Source: Cirrosporium novae-zelandiae (lineage: Eukaryota). From it: 64,000 bases of DNA. The notes under the pieces are model-generated. The model did no database searches, was not told where the DNA came from, and worked only from the letters and a program-made list of their open reading frames with translations. The stretch is taken from assembly GCA_026023565.1 (NCBI GenBank), contig JAPETS010000022.1, forward strand, positions 248,001 through 312,000, read 5' to 3'. Of the stretch, positions 24,621-35,854 are shown piece after piece (the first letter of the stretch is position 1; each line of letters begins with the position of its first letter). Position numbers and translations under genes: made by a program.

Positions 24621-26669
24621 TCAACCTTCTTCATGGCCACTCTCTTTCCAGTTCCATTCACCCATTCCATCGGTAGCCCATTCGGCCTGGCTTACCCTCT
24701 CAACATCTCTCTCAGCCTCCTTCTCAATCTCTCTCTCAATCTCTAGCCCCGTTTCTAATAAACCCCTTCCTTCCTCCACCTCGATATTCAAGGCTTCACA
24801 CTCTTCTGGCCCGAGAACTCTCCCCCCCACCTCAACATCGCTAGCTTTAACCTGGTACTCCAACGCTTTCTTTCCCTCCGCAATCAACAAATCAGCCATT
24901 GTCATGCATCGCTTGATACTTTGATTGATTTTCTGGGAGTCAACAAGAAGCTGTTGATGTTTCTCGAGATCGCAATCAGCGTCTACAAGACGATTGCGGG
25001 GATATGTTATACTCGACGAAGTGGAGGAACGGGGAGAGGAGTAATCGGAGCCTTCTTCAGAAAGACTAGAAACAGCATCACCGTCTATGGAATGATCGAG
25101 AATTCCGTCGTCGGTTTCGTCTTCTTCGTCAGTCGTAATCGTATCATCTCCCTCCTGGGTATTCTCATTTAGTGTGGCAAGACCAACAGCTTCAGATACC
25201 GCTCGACGTTTGCTCATAGGCAGAGAAAACCGGCCAGTGCGACTGGCACGACGATAGCGGCGAAGTTCAGCAGTTTGCTTTCGCATTTCGCGTTCAAGCG
25301 TCCGATTTATAGCTAGTAGAGAGGAATTAGATATCTCAAGGTCAAGAACTTTACGCTCTCGGCGAGCATCCGCAACAGCGTCTGGAAGTTCGGGTGGAGG
25401 TTGAACTGTTGCGCTGGGGGCAGATTTTGTCGGGCTAACCGGCTGAGAGAGATCAGGTGTCCCAGCTATTGAGAAAGGGTGTGGGAAGGTGATACTTTGA
25501 GAGAGGCCGGGGGATATCGGTGGGGATGTTGGGGGAAGCAAATTAGGAATCTCCGAGGTTGCAATTGTCGGCGGGGCGGGAGATTGGGGTACACTGGCCG
25601 CGAAGTACGACATGCGGGAGGAATTGGAGTTAGTACTGGAAGTTTTCCTATGAGTGATTTGTGAAGCTGAAACATTGCTACTCCTTCTTCCCATATCTCT
25701 AGGTTCAAGTAAAGGTGACTTCTTTGCTGTGGTTTGCAAGCTTTCAGAAGAAAATGGGGGAGGTGCGTTTTTTCTCAAGGACGTTTTTCGTGGCGTGATC
25801 CCAGCATCTTTTATGGGTGATGAAGGGCGCTTGGGGAGGGTAGGCGTACCCAATCCGGGGCGCATAGCAACTATTCGAGGAGAAGTAATATTGCTCGATC
25901 GAGAATGATCCGATGGAGGCTCGGAACTGCCGAGAGGTGGGCTCGATGCATCGCAGGCATAAAAGAATTTTGACTGAGTATGCTCATGTTTAATATGCAC
26001 ATTTCCACCATTAGGTTCGGATTGAGCAACATCCTCATTACCATTTGCGTAAAGGAATGTTGATTGTCTTGATGACTTGGGCCTCTGAACTTGTTCGACA
26101 CTGGATGCTGGAGAATTTGCGTCAGCCGCATGAAAGAACGGCGAACTCCCAGGACTAGTTATGGACATCCTCGAGTCGGGTGAGGTTGATTTGTTTGATA
26201 AGGAAGAGTTCAGTGCCTGGTCGTTTATGCTTTGCGGTCTGGACATCCTCGCTTTCCCTATACCAAGTCCCAAGCCAACGCCAGCTTCCTCACTCTTTCT
26301 GTGTCCAGCGGACCTTGGCCTAACTCCCACAGGTGTATTTTCGGTCGTTGTCCTTGGGCTGATGGGGGTGCCATGGTCCACTCGTGCCTTTCTGGGCCCT
26401 GAACGTGGTGTGATGTTGGCATTCAAAAAGGACGAGGCAGGTGTGCCCCTCTCCTGTTGAAGTCCATTTCTCGGAGTTGTAGGATTGCTGTCTTGGGATT
26501 TACGTAGTAGCGGGGAGGCGGTGGGAGTAAGAGCGCCTGCTAACCTCGGAGTCAGAGGGCTTTTTGCACCTCTCAAGTTTGCGCTGAGAGCTGGAGTGAG
26601 TGGCTTGCCAGGGGTGGTACTCCGACGACTCTTATCCATAGCAGGTGGGCATCCAGATGGAGTGCGCAT
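24621..26669 (-). CDS. Conserved fungal Ser/Pro-rich protein with C-terminal coiled coil; function unknown
   Basis: 682-aa ORF; many SP/TP sites; blocks ARRERKVLDLEISNSSLLAINRTLEREMRKQ and SQKINQSIKRC...LIAEGKKALEYQV look conserved. Confidence 0.85.
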   Translation of the reverse strand: MRTPSGCPPAMDKSRRSTTPGKPLTPALSANLRGAKSPLTPRLAGALTPTASPLLRKSQDSNPTTPRNGLQQERGTPASSFLNANITPRSGPRKARVDHGTPISPRTTTENTPVGVRPRSAGHRKSEEAGVGLGLGIGKARMSRPQSINDQALNSSLSNKSTSPDSRMSITSPGSSPFFHAADANSPASSVEQVQRPKSSRQSTFLYANGNEDVAQSEPNGGNVHIKHEHTQSKFFYACDASSPPLGSSEPPSDHSRSSNITSPRIVAMRPGLGTPTLPKRPSSPIKDAGITPRKTSLRKNAPPPFSSESLQTTAKKSPLLEPRDMGRRSSNVSASQITHRKTSSTNSNSSRMSYFAASVPQSPAPPTIATSEIPNLLPPTSPPISPGLSQSITFPHPFSIAGTPDLSQPVSPTKSAPSATVQPPPELPDAVADARRERKVLDLEISNSSLLAINRTLEREMRKQTAELRRYRRASRTGRFSLPMSKRRAVSEAVGLATLNENTQEGDDTITTDEEDETDDGILDHSIDGDAVSSLSEEGSDYSSPRSSTSSSITYPRNRLVDADCDLEKHQQLLVDSQKINQSIKRCMTMADLLIAEGKKALEYQVKASDVEVGGRVLGPEECEALNIEVEEGRGLLETGLEIEREIEKEAERDVERVSQAEWATDGMGEWNWKESGHEEG

Positions 26670-27980
26670 TATGACATTATGGAGGTTAATAAATATTATA
26701 TGATCAAGACAGATGGAGCGGAGATTTCACCCAGTAGGGCGAGTAAAGTTCAGTAGGGTGGAGGTGCGTGTGTACTATGGGTACAACCACGAAAGAGTGG
26801 AAGATGAGTGAGACTTGGGTAATTGAAGGTGGGTTTTTGTTTTGGTTGGTCCAGGTTCCAAATCGCGGGTTACGGGGTACGGGAGCCACCGCTTCAAGGG
26901 GAGATTTCGGGAGTTACGTTTAATCCAGGCCCAGGGAAGAGGCCCAAGACGCCTAACTAACAAACAGCTAGACCGAAGATCCCCAAGGACCCCCCAATGG
27001 ACAACCCAAAGGGAAATCATACATGTGCCCAACCCTTTTTGGTGTTTTGGACCATCATTAGACTAGATTACTCTAACGTCCAGGACAGGGCTCATCCTCG
27101 GACTCCTTCTACCAACACGCCAGCTGAAGATAAATATTGCATTCTTTATTCAAAACATCTGATCAAAACAGGCCGTGGCCTCCAGTAAAGTCGGATAAAC
27201 GTACACATCACCCATCATAAGTCTATAGATGATAACGTCTCTCATAACCCGTCTTTCTTTTCCTTTCATCAACCAGATCGCATCCCAATACATAATGTAG
27301 CAAGAAATTCACCAAGCCGAAATTGGTCCTTCTAGCCTGAGGCCTCTTTTTGGTCGTGACATCTCGGCATTAAACATCAAACATTCCCAAGGTATAAAGC
27401 CTCTGACCACCAAAAAGAAAACGCCCTGCAAGAAAACAAACAAACAAGCGAACAAATAAACGGGGGATATCAAGGCTCCAAAAGTCATACATAATGCAAT
27501 GACCGCAGACAAATCAACGCCCTCTTGGAGTGCATCACCCTTCATCTTTGATAAGTACTCCAAGTCCCATACCCCGAAATTCGCTATACGTTATGCATCA
27601 CAAATAAACAACAGATCAGCAACAAAACTTCGTCCCCTGGTGAGACACGAAAAAACAACTCGGGTTGTCCGAGAAGAAAAGCCATGTCCCCCTGAAGTAG
27701 CCCATGCAAATCTAGGCACTATGATTATCCAAGAGAGATTATTAGGAGGAGAAACAGCAGAATGTGAACCGGCTAGTGAGATCATGACCATGGTCAAAGG
27801 AAACGTTGACAACAGATTGCCGACCCAAAAAAATAAGCGCCAATTCCAAATCGACATTTTCTGGGAAACACAAGTCACCATCTTTTTCTCTGGAATATTG
27901 AGGCAATAATTCCACCGACCAAGAGTCCGCTGTATTCAAATCCCGCGTTATCATCTCTCGAGAAAATCAAGCAACCCAAA

Positions 27981-30315
27981 TCACATGACGCGACAGACCG
28001 GTCCGTCGCGTTGGGTAGCTTCTTCAGGCTTTTTTAGAGCTTTTAAAGGCTTGGTAGTCTTTGGGATTCGACCCCCCGCTGCCCAGGCTATGAATGCATT
28101 TCCAGCAGGACGCGCCGCCTTTTTGCTTGAACTAACACTGTGACTATCACCTGATTGATGAACTGGGTCCGGGACAATGACAACCCCTGGAGGAATCACA
28201 TTAGCCGGGGGCTTTTTCCTCCGTGGAGGAGGCTCGTCAATAATGAGAGGCTCTGGAGGGGGTAGGGGAACGGGCGGAGGAGGAATAGGTTCTGGAGGTT
28301 TTTCTTCAGGCTTCGGTGGGTCGGGGACAGGCCACATGTGCATGGTGATTGTCCACTCAGGCTCAACCATAGTCTCCCAAACTTGGGGGAGAATGATCTC
28401 GCCGTTAGGTCCAACCAAGTCGTAATGCCCATTGAGGACATGCTGGCCAATTACATCGATATGAACAAAGGCTTGTTTGATCAGTTCTTCCATACCCTAG
28501 ACTTTTGGTTAGCAACCGATATTCCATTTATTTCAGCTGGGTGAATGAGATACTTACCCCCCAGGTATTGCAGAGGTGCCATGGGAAGCTGAACTTTCGG
28601 CCGACTGCATCTTTGAACTTGATGGGCTTCTTTTTCTCTTCAGGGGGCGGAGGAGGAGGGACGGCGGCGGCGGCGGCGGCGGCCTCAGCAGCAGCAGCAG
28701 CAGCAGCCAAGGCAGTAGCAGCTTCAGCCGCTTCTTTAGCTGCTTTTTCGGCAGCTTCAGCTTGGTCTTTGGCTGCCTTTTCGGCAGCTTCGGCTGCGTC
28801 CTTGGCTGCTTTTTCTGCAGCTTCTGCCGCCGCCTTCTTCGCAGCCTCCACTTCATCATTAGCCTTCTTCAGGTCCTCCTCAGCTTTCCGAAGAGCTTCT
28901 TCTTTAGCTTTGTCTGCAGCCTCCTTGGCTTTCTGTGCTTCTTCTTGGGCTTTGTCAGCCGCAGCTTTAATCAAATCTGCTTCGGCTTGAGCTGCAGCAA
29001 TTCTCTTCGCAGCTTCTTCGTTCGCGGCTGCCCTGGCTTCATCAGCTATTCGTTTTGCATTCTCAGCAGCTTCTTTGGCTGCCTGTTCTTTCCGGGCCTT
29101 TTCTTCGGCGGCAGCAGCAGCGGCGGCTTCCTTTCTATCTTGCTCTTCCTTTTGGGCCTTCAGTAACCTCTCAAGACGCCTAACGCCATCTCGTTCAGCG
29201 GCGTCAAGCTCTTCTTTACGCTTCCGAGCTGCCTCAGCCTCTATCCGTTCTTGCTCCTGCTTTTGTCGAAGTAGGAGCTTTTCCAGACGGGCAATTGTCT
29301 TCTCCTCGTCGTCCTCGGGCGGAGGCGGGGGTGGTGGTGGTGGTGGTGCAGGCGCTGGTACAGCAACCGGTGCGGGAGCTGGGGCAGGCGCCGGTGGTGG
29401 AGCTGGTGCGGGAGAAGAAGCAGCGGGAGGTTGAGCTGGTGTGTGCGCTCGTGGAGGAGTAGGTTGGTGATGGTGTTGCGTTAACATGGCTGGGGGTTGA
29501 TAGTATAAGGAAGGGGGCATTCCTGGCATTCCTCCCTGCATCCCCTGCATCCCCTGCATTGCTCCTTGCATTTGATACGCCTGGGCCTGGGCATATTGAT
29601 AGTAAGGGTTTGCCCCAGGGTATCCCATCATGTCTTGTGGCATAGGAGAGCCGCCACGAGAATTAGATTGACGATGCATATGTTGGTAGTAATTTTGAGC
29701 TGCCTGAGCAGGTTGCGATTGCATGTACTGTGGAGGATACCCATATTGTTGACCGTATGGTATCATTTGATTGGGCTGTTGGCCATACTGCATGTAAGAG
29801 TTACCTGAAGACGCACTGTTCGGATAATGCGCAGGAGGGGCATTAGGTGGCCATTGGGCATAGGCCATACGCTCTGGCCCTGCAGGGCCAGGGCCATATG
29901 GCCCGAAATCTTCGGAATCCACGCTTCCGGACGACGTTGGTGGTGTTGTTGGTTGGTGATGTTGCCGGGTCCGTACCCTCTCGGGCGCACCCTGGCGCCG
30001 GGATGAATGGCGTCGGGGTTGGAGATCCACGACTGGCTGAGGATGATGGGATCTCCCACCAGGCCTTGACGCTGAATCCTCTGGGTGGAGGTCGTCTGGG
30101 TACACCACCCTCCAGCCCTCTTCTTCGTCTATTTCCTCGGGATCTTCGGGAGCCGAGTCTGAATAGCTCTCGCTTCCCCCTTGAGGGGATATTTGTACGC
30201 CGTCTTCGTCCGTCCAGGACGAACGGTCAGAGTTATCAGGCTCTGGCGCCACCGGGGTACGGTGCCTCGTGACGTGGTGGTAAGTGGGTCGTCGCCTTGT
30301 AGTCATGTTAGTCAT
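27981..30315 (-). CDS. Fungal protein with P/Q-rich region, Ala/Glu/Lys coiled coil, ubiquitin-like domain and terminal CaaX
   Basis: Exons 30315-28558 and 28496-27981; intron 28497-28557 (GTAAGT...GCTAAC...TAG) joins KPIKFKDAVGRKFSFPWHLCNTWG|GMEELIKQAF...IILPQVWE; ends CRVM*. Start codon uncertain. Confidence 0.85.
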
Positions 30316-33300
30316 ATGTGATTAGGGGACTATCCAAGAGTCTTGGATTGCCGCAAGTATGGAGGCGCGGCCTGCGACACTTACGGCATGGAAATTGTTC
30401 TGATCAAGATATTATCCTGCCCTGATCTTTTCTACCGGAGAAAAGATCAAGTTAAGATAATCTCGATGAGAATGGATTTCAGGTACTAACCCTTTTTCCT
30501 TCTTGTCGCCAGAGACGACGTTGTATAAACTTGGCTTCAGTGGCACCAAATTTCGAAGCGCCAGATGAGGATGGGAAAATAGGATCTAGGGTTGTTTTCC
30601 AAATAGACGTTCTGGGGTGAGATTATAAACTAGGGAAGTCAGGTTTGGTAGAGTTGTTTGCTTGATGGCCTAGAGGGGTCTTGTAAAGTTCCAGCAAGTT
30701 CTCGGGCCAGATTCACAAATGGATTGATGATTGATTATATGTGCTTCTTTCAGCCTCGATCCTCAGCGAGGGGGGGTTGATAGGAGCAGAGTATTTATAG
30801 GCTTGTAGCTGTGACGCCTAGCGTGGGGCTAATGGCTGAGACTGAGACAGGCGCAAAGGGATGCTCTTATGTCACCACTGAGTTTCCAATGAATTCGATT
30901 ATATTTCAGGTAATTTTTCCAATAGCTTTTTATTCGCTGATTTCTAAGACCAGGTAGTTTTTCGAGGCTCGAAAAGGGGGTGAAGGATACTCTGAATGTC
31001 TGACTGGAGGGAGACTGGGGCCGATGAGAGGAAGAAAGTTCGAGCTGATGGGAACAATCGAATGATGCAAGTAGCAACAATCGAGAGACAATGAAAGGTC
31101 AGTTTATTTCAACGGTCGCGAAGGCAATCGTTATTCAATTGAAGAATTAAAGGTAAATTCAAAAGACGAGTTCCTTTCTACGAATAAAGTAAATTGATGG
31201 GGGTGGGGGGGAGGGAGGGGTGTTTTGTTGTTGTGGTTTTTTTTTTTTTTCCTTAGTTGTTGATTGTTGATGGATAAGCCCAAGTCGAAGGGGGAGGGAG
31301 GAGCCAAGACCAAAGGGCTGCGGCAACAAGCGAAACGAGAAAGGAATGGATGGAGGGGTTTAATCCGAAATTCCTTAGTTCAGCTCCTTGTCTCCTTGCG
31401 CGGCTATCAGGGCTAATCAAAAAGTCCACGGGATCCAAATGGAAAAAAAAATAACCAAAATATAATTAATTTCTTAGCAAGAGACCAATCCAGTTCCTCT
31501 GGTTCGTTTTTTAATCTCGTTGTCAAGGTGATGGATAGGACGAATATCTGAAGGTCCGTCTTGAGATGGCCGATAATGATGATGAGGGTGGCGATTGGCG
31601 ATTTGCGATTTGGCGGGGGAGCGGCAGGGTTGGGTGGGTGGGTGGACCAGCCTGGCAGCACACAGAAAAAAAAAGAAGAATTACGACAACACAAAGACAG
31701 TAAAGTCTAGAAGAGATCGGCTGGTTGCGTTTCTTGATCTCGTTAACTGTCCTCAATGTGGGCAGTCTGTCCTTTGGTGTCCTTGGGTTTTCCTAGGTTC
31801 CCTTGGTTTCCTGAGGTCACTGGGTTCACTTGATCCAAGTTTGCTGGGGGGGGTTGGCGGGTAGGGCGATTTATTGAAGATCTGGTGGATATGAAGAGGA
31901 AGAAAATGGGGTGGGTTATGGGTAGAATAGATGATGGTGGGTCAAATGGGTCAATGGGTCAATGAATATTTAATGAGGATGATGATGGCAATCTTTTTGG
32001 TAATTCTGGTAATTCTGATAATTGGCGTTGCCAGTGCAACACAACATTAGCTGCCAGATGGGATGGTAGCCAGGTAGCAAAGGTAATAGTATAGTCAGGT
32101 AGGGCAAGGTATGCAAGGCCTTCTCCGAAGGATGACGGTAGGAGAGCAACGGTCAAGTGCTCCAACTGCTTCTTCGTCTTCTTCTCCTCCTTCTAGCCAG
32201 ATGTTCGATATGATGATGACCAGTCTGATGATGACCACGGATGTGCAGATTCTCACTGGTCTGTTCTGGGTACATTTGACCGAATCCTGGAGTTTCCCGG
32301 ATTTTTCTGGATTCCTGATTCCTTGATTCCCTGATTCTTTGATTCCTTGGACAGTTCAACACTGGAGAGGATGGTAAGATGGGTCGAATAGATGAATGGG
32401 ACTCATGCAGAACGAGCAAGCAAAGGAAGCAGAGCAAGCAGCATAAGCAGCATGTCGCCAGGACACTCTGAACCTGAGAAGTCCACGTTCATCGAATACT
32501 TGTCCACTGGGGCTCCAATATATACCAAGACAAGTTCCTTTGTGGCCGGTCCCACTTCTTCTAAAAAGAGTCATAGCCCTCCTTCTCGCCCATTAAACAC
32601 AGGGAGCCCAGGAACGGTTGGATACATTAGTGCCCGAGGTATCCAAGGACAGAGATGAAGGTAAGGATTTCAGATGTCAATTACTCAATTACTCAAGACC
32701 CCCCCCCGATACAACCTAGGAGCTATAGCACTCAAAGACCAATTCTGTAGTCTGGATTACTGCACGGTGGTCCGCTAGGGTACGTGGTGGATGAAGAATT
32801 CACCTCAGTTAAGCCTTAGTCGGGCCCCAGGATGGCCGAAGAAGCACTCAAATGGCTCTGTACTGGCCTTTCTTTTACTGAGAAGCTGCCACGTTCAAGT
32901 ATGGCTGCCCGACTCCATCGCCTGATGTACAAAGGCATAGGCTGAACAAGTTCCTATTTGTCCATGTACATCCTTTGTAATAACAGCTACTTGAAACTCT
33001 GCAAGATAATTGGAGGAAAAGTAATAAATGGAGCCCGATCTAAATTCAAAAATTTCCTTTCAGTAGTGAGGCGACCAAGGCTAAGCAATTACGACGAGGC
33101 TATTTTGATGGGAAAAGTTTCATTTTCAAATAGAGAAAAAGAAAGAAAAAAGGATCCGGGAAGGGTCGGTGTGAAGAACTTCTTCAGCTCCTCCAAGGCC
33201 AGAACTCGGTCGGGCACCAAACCCACATGAGAAAAACAATTCCGGATTAACCCAAAGACCCAAAGACGACAGACCCAACCTGAACTCAACAACTCCCGCA

Positions 33301-33978
33301 ACACATCCCCCCCACCCTCGAATCGATCACTGACCAGAGAGACCTACGAGACCGACGTGACCGACGAGACCGACGAGTACAAACCCAAAAGGACAAACAT
33401 GTTCTCAAAGTGTCCATACTTTTGAACTACAACAGGCATGGACCATTAACTACAAGCCCTCCAGGTATCTGAGTACTCTTCTCCCCGCCTTGGCTTTGAA
33501 CCAATTCCTCAGGTACCCATCACCACTCATCATCCTCTTGTCAACAACTGGTGCTGCACTGGCTATTCCGGGATCTGATATCAGCTTCTATCCCTTGATT
33601 CTACAACCCCCATCTCATTCCATTTTTATCCCACTATGTCTTGCAGATTCAGCCATCATCGTAGGGCCAAACTCTGCAAGGTAATCAGCACTTCCTAAGT
33701 AATCAACTATTTTAATCCTCCCCAGACGAGCCATGACGTTGCTAGAACCGCTCCTTATCGATCTCCCTTGCATAGTTCTTGTCCCTTCAGCTGGTAAGAT
33801 TTGCTGCATCATGCAGCATCCATGAAAGCTTTAGATGTCTGGTCAACATGTATCAGTCTCTGGTCTTCCATAATTGTGTCGGTGAGTCATGAGCAATAGA
33901 CAAGCAACAATGGATAGCAGCCTCTGGAGAAATATGTCTTGGCTGTGAACGGCCAAAGGCTTGTAAATATATGAAACG

Positions 33979-35346
33979 TTACTTGGCTGCCTCAGAGTCA
34001 CGGTCAAGGAGCTCTTGTGCTGCAATGATCTCGGCCTTGGCCTTTTCGCCCAATTTGCCCCGCGACGCTGTTTCCTGGATAATCTGTTTGAGTTTAGAAG
34101 TGGCTAGCTCGTTCAGTTTTATTACAGTCTCCTTGCTCATAAGAGGCAATTCATCCTCTGCACGCGTCTCAGATGCCGGCGACTTCTTGCCGTTGGGTGG
34201 TTTTATCTCAAGTAAGGATGAGGCGGCCTGCAGCCCAAGCTGTTAGCATAAATGACATGGAAAAATTGGGATAGAAAGTGATAGATAACGAAAGACATGC
34301 AAAAGGTAAGACGATATAAAGGCGATTTTATATCTGAATAATCAAAAGTACCATTGACTTTTAAGATTAAATCATGACACATGTCGTCAAATAATGCTTC
34401 TTGCCGTTGCTATCATGTCTCAAACCCCACCAATCTGCAGAGGCCACCAAAGATGGCTTGTGCACGGAACTTGCAAGGAATGGTATATCAAGTACTTACG
34501 AGTTTCAGGCCATAATAACCTCTGATATAGTCATCGCAGAGCTCAATACTTCGACAGAATCGTCTTATTGCCTCGTTATAAAGAGACTCTCGTGTTTCCA
34601 AGGGTTCAAGGTCACGAGCGTTTGCTGAGAGAAATTTGAGCTCTCCAAGCCGAGCGTGTATCTGGTAATTCAATTGGTATTTCGAACAACGGACATAATT
34701 GGATAGATATCTTACATTCCAGGCATTTGGGACGATAAGAAGGGCCTCCTCAATGCTGAAAATGGCCTGGGCCATAAAGCCTTGGGACACGTAGAGGTCT
34801 GAGAGCTCGCACCAAGCCTCAGCATCAGTTGGACTCGCATCAAGAAGTTTCACAAGAGCGGCAATGGCATCGGCCGGCCTTGACAAGGAGCGGAGAAGAG
34901 CAATTCGCCGCTTAGCAACGGGCTATCGAAATGTTAGTTTGGAGCCCAAGAAAATGCGCAGTCTATCCCACCATATTAACTGGATTCTCAGATAGCGTCT
35001 GCTCATACTCCTTCAGCACTTCCAAGAGCGCGGATTGGTTTTCTGCAATGGCTTCTTGATATATTCCTCGAAGTCCCATAACGTGCTCGTTTGTCGCACC
35101 AAACCGTTTTGTCAGTTTTTGCAAGCACAGATGGGCAGACCTATCATCTCCAGTTCGCAGACATGCTAGAAGGAGGTTTTCATACGACAACCATAGCTCG
35201 GATGTCTCCGGGGTCGAAAGTAATGGTAAAGATAGATTTGCGAATATTGATTCCTGGGTTTTGAGCAGCAATGGTGCCTGCTGTGCAACACGTAGTGCTG
35301 TAGACTGTGATAGATGGCTCGGAATCATCCCTGAAGCCATAGCCAT
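33979..35346 (-). CDS. emc2: ER membrane protein complex subunit 2 (TPR protein, Oca3-like)
   Basis: Introns 34923-34971, 34662-34715 and 34228-34499 give YENLLLACLRTGD...NPVNMPVAKRRIALLRS...PTDAEAWCELSDLY...RFCRSIELCDDYIRGYYGLKLAASSLL...AAQELLDRDSEAAK*. Confidence 0.9.
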
Positions 35347-35854
35347 GATGGTCGATATAGTACTGCAGATATGAGTATTGTATCTAGGCAGATGACTTTT
35401 TTGCAAGGGTGATAAGGGAAGTGGTGGTGTAGAGCTGGGACGTATTTGTGAAAGTGGATGTGAATGCTTTTTCGGAGGTGACAGCAATCCTCCGAAATTG
35501 CGCAATTCAACCTTAAATCTTACCGTATCAATATCGCCCCACGACAATAACGTTGAGGTCTAGATGTAGCCTAGAGAGCTACATTTATGAACAAAAGTCT
35601 TTTATGCAAGACTTGAGATTACAGCCATCTATATTCCAATAGTTTGCAATTACAGGGCCGTAAGCTCCTGTCTAAAACTAATTGTTATCAGTCTTTTCCA
35701 ATCATTAGCGAGGTCAGCTTTGGTTCAACGGATTACGTATCGAGATGCCCAAGGATGGGCTTTTTTGAAATATTGACCCCGTCCAATCGTGAAGTCTATG
35801 AGATCACCCCGTGCTTATAATCTTTCTCTCTGAGGGACTGCCCTCGATAGCAAA

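Noticed and set aside
28505..29434. Long antisense Ala/Ser/Gly-rich ORFs
   Set aside because: Shadows of the repetitive EAAK and Pro codons of the minus-strand gene.
33400..33900. Plus-strand splice-like signals downstream of emc2 suggesting a hidden transcript
   Set aside because: No convincing ORF or ncRNA motif; such short signals are common.
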